Position numbers and translations under genes: made by a program. 64,000 bases of DNA from Chlamydiota bacterium (lineage in GTDB: Bacteria; Chlamydiota; Chlamydiia; Chlamydiales; Rhabdochlamydiaceae). Location: assembly GCA_030916885.1 (NCBI GenBank), contig JAUPVT010000064.1:6618-70617 (forward strand), written 5' to 3'. Of this stretch, positions 58,862-64,000 are shown one piece after another; within the stretch, counting starts at the first letter, position 1, and each line of letters opens with the position of its first letter. The notes beneath the pieces were generated by a model that was not told the DNA's origin, made no database searches, and saw only the letters and a program-made list of their open reading frames with translations.

Positions 58862-60058
58862 TTATTGTGCTTGTATAAGTTCTTCGTTATAAAGGCGCAA
58901 GTCATTTGTTAGATCTTCTACCTGACGCATTAGCTCCATAAATTCTTCCTGAAATTGAGAATGATCTAAGATATCCTGCTTCTGGGGATTGTATTTGACC
59001 TTATCGATTAACATAGAAATTCTTGCCATTGCGGTATTCACCAGATCAATTTCAGTAGAAAAATACTCTTTAAAACCCAGAGGTGTATCTAAAGAATTCA
59101 TCAGACAAATACGTTGAGCTCTTTGTCTTTGCCAGCGTTTATTAGAATTAAATAGAAGACCATAGTGATTAATATCATTCATCATCGTATCGGCTTTGCC
59201 CAAGATAGTTGTTAATCGCCAATATACATCATCTTGTTTAATTAATTTTCCTAATGTTCCTGTTCCATACTCAAGATCGTTGCTTAAGTGATCTAGAGAC
59301 TCTGCTGTATTTCTAACATGAGCAATAGCTATTCCTGCATTATCAAAGGAGTTATTCGCATTTAACTGATCAATGGCATCAGAAATTAGACTTGCTACGC
59401 AGGAGAAATTGTTAAGAGCTGTTTTTGTCACATCTATGATTTCTTTATCTTGAAATTCCTGTAGAGTGGATTTAGCCTGCGTCATAGTATCTGCAAAAGA
59501 GTCAGCTGCATTGATAAAAGATTGTTGATTAGAAAAAAACCAGTTGCTAAAGACATCTGCTTTTTTTTGTAGATCCGCAAAAGCATCTTTTAATTCTATA
59601 AAAGCGCTTTCAATCGGATCTACCGAATCTGCATAAATCGGCTGACCGGAAATCAGTTTAGGGATTGTGCCTTTAGGGGGAGCTTTGGGGATAATTGCAA
59701 TAGATCTTTCTCCTAATAGCCCTGCTGTTTGTATCATAATTTCATCTGTATCATATACTTTGACCTTGGAATCGATCTTAAGCACAAGCTGATAGTAGTA
59801 TAAACGCTGCAGAAGATCAGATAGAGGCTTTTGTCTAGCATTTTGAATTTCTTCAATGGAAGTCACTTCTCCAACGGGCTTACCTGCAAAGAGTACCCGA
59901 GTACCCACATTAATGCGATCAATGTTAGAAAACCGTACGTATAGGGTTTGTTTACCATCCCCCACGCTAGGTTTTAGGAAGGCCACCATCCAAATAAGAA
60001 GAGCACATGCAACAATAAAAAAAACACCGATTAACACACTTTTTGTTTGCTCACCCAT
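58862..60058 (-). CDS. mlaD: MlaD/MCE family protein with a long helical extension
   Basis: N-terminal TM, VLFAGKPVGEV, TAGLLGERSI. Confidence 0.85.
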   Translation of the reverse strand: MGEQTKSVLIGVFFIVACALLIWMVAFLKPSVGDGKQTLYVRFSNIDRINVGTRVLFAGKPVGEVTSIEEIQNARQKPLSDLLQRLYYYQLVLKIDSKVKVYDTDEIMIQTAGLLGERSIAIIPKAPPKGTIPKLISGQPIYADSVDPIESAFIELKDAFADLQKKADVFSNWFFSNQQSFINAADSFADTMTQAKSTLQEFQDKEIIDVTKTALNNFSCVASLISDAIDQLNANNSFDNAGIAIAHVRNTAESLDHLSNDLEYGTGTLGKLIKQDDVYWRLTTILGKADTMMNDINHYGLLFNSNKRWQRQRAQRICLMNSLDTPLGFKEYFSTEIDLVNTAMARISMLIDKVKYNPQKQDILDHSQFQEEFMELMRQVEDLTNDLRLYNEELIQAQ

Positions 60059-60833
60059 GGTTTACTTTCTCCCTTAGCTTTCTCGGATCTTGCGAAATAC
60101 TGTTGTATAAAGATTTAATTAGAGGGTCATCAATTTCTAAGAATTGATCTCGAGGTGCTATATGTGCGATTTTACCATCCCGAATCAACGCTAGGTGATC
60201 TCCAACATATAGAGCTGAAAACATGTCATGGGTAACAACAATACTTGTAGCTTTTAGCTCCTGTTGTGTTTTTACAATGAGTTTATTAATTTCCATAGCA
60301 ATAATAGGGTCTAACCCAGTGGTTGGTTCATCGTATAAAATAATTCCAGGTCTATAGACAATTAATCGAGCCAATGCTGCTCGTTTACGCATGCCTCCGG
60401 ATAATTCAGATGGCATTTTTTTCTGTGTGCCTTTTAATCCTACAAGCTCTAGAGCCTGATCTACTTTAGCTAGAATTTCCTCAGATATATATTTTTTTTT
60501 AGTTAAGGGATTTATATGTTGACTTAAGTAAAATCCTACATTTTTTTCCACGCTCATGGAATCAAATAAGGCAGCTCCTTGAAATAACATGCCCATATTT
60601 GCCACAGTTTTAGATAGCTCTTCTTCTTTTAAATCGGTGATACATATCCCGTTAATATCTACTGTGCCCCTATCTGGCTTTATTAAACCAATTAGGTGTT
60701 TGAGCAAAACGCTTTTTCCAATTCCCGAAGGTCCTAGAATGACAAGGGTTTCTCCTTGGTTTACGTCTAGGTTTAAATCAGAAAAAACCACAAGGTCCTT
60801 AAAGCTTTTAGATAAATTACGAACAGAAATCAT
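60051..60833 (-). CDS. mlaF: MlaF ABC ATPase
   Basis: GPSGIGKS, PSELSGGMRKRAALAR, DEPTTGLDP. Confidence 0.9.
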   Translation of the reverse strand: MISVRNLSKSFKDLVVFSDLNLDVNQGETLVILGPSGIGKSVLLKHLIGLIKPDRGTVDINGICITDLKEEELSKTVANMGMLFQGAALFDSMSVEKNVGFYLSQHINPLTKKKYISEEILAKVDQALELVGLKGTQKKMPSELSGGMRKRAALARLIVYRPGIILYDEPTTGLDPIIAMEINKLIVKTQQELKATSIVVTHDMFSALYVGDHLALIRDGKIAHIAPRDQFLEIDDPLIKSLYNSISQDPRKLREKVNHG

Positions 60834-61717
60834 AGAGAGGTCTCAAACAGTTCTAAGTGGATTAAATTTAAAATAATAGTCAGAAGAAAATTAACCAGTA
60901 AAATAGCACAATAAGTAATAACTACGCTATTTGTTGTATTTTCTCCTACTCCTGCTGCACCACCAGATGTACGCATTCCCTTAAAACAAGAGATCGTCAT
61001 AATCAGAAAGCCAAAAACAAAAGCTTTAGTAATTCCAACTATTAAATCAAAATAGGTCACATGAATAGGAATAGGATCTAAGTAAGTCATAGGGGGCATA
61101 TGAAAATAGTAAATAGAAAGCAAGTAGCCTCCAAAGATCCCCATGAAAATACTAAAAATAGTTAAAAGCGGCATCATGGAAATCCCTGCTATCCAACGAG
61201 GAGCTATTAGATAACGGTTAGGGTTAACAGCCATGCTTTTTAAAGCATCCACTTGTTCTGTAACGCACATGGTTCCCAATTCTGCACACATAGCAGCTCC
61301 CACTCGTCCTGTAATCATAAAAGAGGTGAGAATAGGCCCTAGCTCTGTTAACATGGCTTTTGATACCATCAAGCCTGTAACAGAAGCTAGTCCCTTATCC
61401 GATAATTGATAAAAGGATTGAGCTGCTAGCACAAGCCCTGTAGAAAATCCAGTAATGGCAACTACAGGTAAAGAAGCTGCTCCAATATCGTATAGCTGTT
61501 TTAAAATTAGCGAAAGATTTGGAGGTCTCTTGAGAGTTGCCTTAGTTACCGCAAAAATCAAAAGGACATAGTCGCCAACAGAGGAAAATACCGTTAATTT
61601 AGGTAAAAGATTTTGCCATTTAGCATTCATAAAAAGTCTATTCTTAAAGTTCATGAGGTCGATTTTTTCAAGTTTACCCATGAACTGGACTATAAGTAAA
61701 AGCGGATTTGGGGTCAA
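60830..61717 (-). CDS. mlaE: MlaE permease
   Basis: ELGPILT, GRVGAAMCAELGTM, EQVDALKSM, GVGENTT; start uncertain. Confidence 0.9.
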   Translation of the reverse strand: MTPNPLLLIVQFMGKLEKIDLMNFKNRLFMNAKWQNLLPKLTVFSSVGDYVLLIFAVTKATLKRPPNLSLILKQLYDIGAASLPVVAITGFSTGLVLAAQSFYQLSDKGLASVTGLMVSKAMLTELGPILTSFMITGRVGAAMCAELGTMCVTEQVDALKSMAVNPNRYLIAPRWIAGISMMPLLTIFSIFMGIFGGYLLSIYYFHMPPMTYLDPIPIHVTYFDLIVGITKAFVFGFLIMTISCFKGMRTSGGAAGVGENTTNSVVITYCAILLVNFLLTIILNLIHLELFETSL

Positions 61718-61778
61718 ATAAAGATAAGATTAAAAGCTGCAAGCAAGAATAGATTGCAGCTTAAGAGGATAGAAAGAA

Positions 61779-62369
61779 TTAACCAGCTGCTGCTTTAGCT
61801 TGTTGTTGGCGTCTTTTCATCTCTTTTACATCATTTAATAGAGATTGAGTAGATGAGCTAGACAGTTCTTGATGTATCTGTTGTAAACGCATCTCTTTTT
61901 TTTTGTATTGATGGTCTAACTGATTAGTGGATACTCTTGAAAAAGAAGAATAGCAGTCTGATCCTTTTTGTGCTGCTATATTAAGACCATTAGAAAAATT
62001 TTTACATGTATTTAATGTTTTCTGAACCTTTTCAAGGCTTTCTATAGTGTATTTTAGATTAATTTTTTGCTCAGGGCTAAGATTATTTAGATGTACACTA
62101 GATAACTTACTCAAATCAGACTTAATAGATTCCATTTTCCACTCAATGGCTACTCCAATTGCAGCTAATGCAACCAGACTTACGGCACATGCAACCATAA
62201 CCCAGGCTTCTGTTCGATACGCAGTACTTCTTTGTTCTATTATTTTATCCGCCTCTGCTGTACAAGCTTCAATTTTTTGTTGGTTATCCGTTTTTGATCG
62301 AGATACACCTTTATGTAGATTGTATTCTAAAGAATTAATTAATCCCGATGGGTTAAAAGCAACTGTCAT
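61779..62369 (-). CDS. Putative T3SS translocator-like protein (CopD-like position)
   Basis: 196 aa, one strong hydrophobic segment plus coiled coil; last gene of the SycD operon. Confidence 0.55.
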   Translation of the reverse strand: MTVAFNPSGLINSLEYNLHKGVSRSKTDNQQKIEACTAEADKIIEQRSTAYRTEAWVMVACAVSLVALAAIGVAIEWKMESIKSDLSKLSSVHLNNLSPEQKINLKYTIESLEKVQKTLNTCKNFSNGLNIAAQKGSDCYSSFSRVSTNQLDHQYKKKEMRLQQIHQELSSSSTQSLLNDVKEMKRRQQQAKAAAG

Positions 62370-62399
62370 AAAACCTCTCTTTGATATTTTTAGTAATGA

Positions 62400-63077
62400 T
62401 TAAAAGTTAATAACTTGCTTTTCTAAAGCCATTGCAAGCAAATGAATCTGTTCTTCTATTTCGCTAAAGACATTATTTCCGCTATTTTGGGTCAAGCGTG
62501 ATTGCTCATGTTTTCCTTTCATAAGTTCATGGTTTAGACGAGTTAATTTTGCTTTTATGTTCAGTAAATATGCATTATTTACTAGCTGTTGAGCAGTAAA
62601 GTTTGCTTGAAGAGTTGCTAAAACAGTAGGGATCATGGTAAGCGGAGAAGGAAGGGTAAAAAAAGAAGCTATCATTATGCCACTACCCACAATCATATTA
62701 ACAGTTTTCCATTTATTAGCATTTATTTCCCTTTCCCTTGAGTGATTTGTTTCTTCAAGAAGTTTGGAAAAAATCACTTTTGTTTTTTCAGAAACTTTTT
62801 CTATTTGATCTGTATCAAATTTAAGTAGTGTTCCTTGCAATACATCTAAGTTTTTTGCATGTTCAACCAATAAGATTTGATAAGATTTATGAGGAGAAAA
62901 AGAAGAGGGTAATTGGGGTTTAGAGGGTTTTTCTGTCTCTACTTTTATAGAGGGAGCTAAACTGCTTTTTTCAAAATACGTTTGGGGTATTTTAGAAGAA
63001 GCATTTATTTCTACTTTTGAAGAAGCTAAGCTGCTTTTTTCAAAAAGCACTTGATTAGGAAAGGAAACTTCGGCCAT
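62400..63077 (-). CDS. Putative T3SS translocator-like protein (CopB-like position)
   Basis: 225 aa, S/P-rich N-terminus, hydrophobic hairpin, coiled coil; ATG abuts the chaperone stop codon. Confidence 0.55.
   Translation of the reverse strand: MAEVSFPNQVLFEKSSLASSKVEINASSKIPQTYFEKSSLAPSIKVETEKPSKPQLPSSFSPHKSYQILLVEHAKNLDVLQGTLLKFDTDQIEKVSEKTKVIFSKLLEETNHSREREINANKWKTVNMIVGSGIMIASFFTLPSPLTMIPTVLATLQANFTAQQLVNNAYLLNIKAKLTRLNHELMKGKHEQSRLTQNSGNNVFSEIEEQIHLLAMALEKQVINF
62955..63045. repeat. 22-bp direct repeat encoding FEKSSLA twice
   Basis: AGCTAAACTGCTTTTTTCAAAA (62955) and AGCTAAGCTGCTTTTTTCAAAA (63024). Confidence 0.7.
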
Positions 63078-63521
63078 TTAATTACCATGGGTTGACTTAA
63101 GTATCTGAATTCTATTTTGTAATAAGAGGTCTTCACTAGATAATTTTTCTGCTTTATCAAGCTTTTGTAGGGCTTCTTTTTTTTGTTGGATAGAAAGATA
63201 GCATTCCGCTGCATGAAAATAACCAAGTGGATCTTGTGGTTGTAATTTACAAACCACATTCCATGCCTCAATTGCAGCTGAGTATTCTTCTAAAACCTGT
63301 TTACAGCTTGCAAGGCCATGCCAAGAGCAACCGATCAAAGGATCTGATAACACTAGATAGGAAAACAAATAAGAGGCTTTCCTATACTCTCCTGAAGAAT
63401 AAAGAGCATATCCTGTTCTATACAGTTCTTCCTTTTCATCTACAGTCAGTTTTTTAATCTCTTGGAGATTTTTTTTATGGGGTTGTAATAAATCAGCTAT
63501 CTTAGCAGGGCTTATATGCAT
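63078..63521 (-). CDS. SycD/LcrH family type III secretion translocator chaperone (TPR)
   Basis: ELYRTGYALYSSGEY...FSYLVLSDP...WHGLASCKQ...DPLGYFHAAECYL. Confidence 0.88.
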   Translation of the reverse strand: MHISPAKIADLLQPHKKNLQEIKKLTVDEKEELYRTGYALYSSGEYRKASYLFSYLVLSDPLIGCSWHGLASCKQVLEEYSAAIEAWNVVCKLQPQDPLGYFHAAECYLSIQQKKEALQKLDKAEKLSSEDLLLQNRIQILKSTHGN

Positions 63522-63522
63522 T

Positions 63523-64000
63523 TTATCCGCGTTGATTTCTAGTTATGCATTGTGCAAGGCGATCCTGTTTTTTAAGAGCTTCATTAGTCATTCTAGAAAA
63601 ATCGGTCATATTATCAGCCTTGTGACTCACTTCTGAGGTCTTTTGAGAGATTTTATTCGGAATAAGTTCTTTTTCATTATTTAGGATATCAGCAATACGA
63701 GGAAAGTCTTTAGTATCAAAAAGATATAAAACTGAAGGAATAGCATCTAGATTTCCTTCTTTAAGAGCATTTGCAATAGCTTTGCATTGTTGTTCATTAT
63801 ATCCCGCATTTGGGTGTAGTAGGCCAATCAAACTGGGATTATAGATAAATAGTTGATTAAAATAGCTTCGTATTTTTTCATCTTCCAAGAAATCTACTTG
63901 TTTTTGAGAAGAGGGATTACTAAACAAAGAGATCAGTTTCATACAGCTTTTAAGCACCTTTTCTAAAGTTTCTGCTTCTGTAATTTTTTCTTTAGTTTTT
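63523..64000 (-). CDS. Hypothetical protein upstream of the chaperone (5' end outside the window)
   Basis: Reading frame stays open to the window edge beyond the GTG at 63957; its stop is 1 nt from the chaperone ATG. Confidence 0.65.
   Translation of the reverse strand, partial: KTKEKITEAETLEKVLKSCMKLISLFSNPSSQKQVDFLEDEKIRSYFNQLFIYNPSLIGLLHPNAGYNEQQCKAIANALKEGNLDAIPSVLYLFDTKDFPRIADILNNEKELIPNKISQKTSEVSHKADNMTDFSRMTNEALKKQDRLAQCITRNQRG

Noticed and set aside
4902-63457. Many short ORFs overlapping well-supported genes (e.g. 4902-5195, 6435-6632, 8230-8430, 26333-26796, 43763-44017, 45563-45829, 62047-62403, 63026-63457)
   Set aside because: Antisense or off-frame shadows of real CDSs with no motifs or RBS
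1-64000. CRISPR arrays, rRNA, prophage, defence systems
   Set aside because: No regularly spaced repeats, rRNA-like sequence, or phage/defence protein motifs were seen

Overview
A 64 kb, AT-rich chromosomal window from a member of the phylum Chlamydiae. Chlamydial gene orders are conserved: groEL-groES/pepF, ihf-hyp-accA-msbA, pdhABC...lpxD-skp-bamA-recR...fabH-fabD-fabG-acpP, and nusB-murB...infC-rpmI-rplT-pheS. There is also a SycD/LcrH translocator-type operon. The decayed IS630/IS30 elements and extra genes (kdoO, dacB, tdk, aquaporin) suggest an environmental lineage such as Rhabdochlamydiaceae, which is inference. Most of the window is housekeeping: two tRNAs (Val-GAC, Ser-TGA), a CIRCE operator, several terminators, queuine salvage (tgt + yhhQ) and mlaEFD. 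The most notable observations are: (1) an intact-ORF but catalytically stripped threonyl-tRNA-synthetase paralogue that starts 8 nt after tRNA-Val and overlaps a non-AUG infC; (2) a secreted six-cysteine (CX3CX3C x2) peptide gene coupled to a small 4-TM membrane protein, with toxin/immunity-like architecture; (3) a miniature T3SS chaperone-translocator-like operon; (4) an EF-hand-like insertion in the MsbA-type transporter; (5) an IS30-bounded cargo segment after tRNA-Ser; (6) a structured GC-richer insert inside an IS630 relic; (7) an unannotated 49-aa lipoprotein and several pseudogene relics. No CRISPR array or rRNA was seen. All family calls come from motif recognition by eye, with no database searches.
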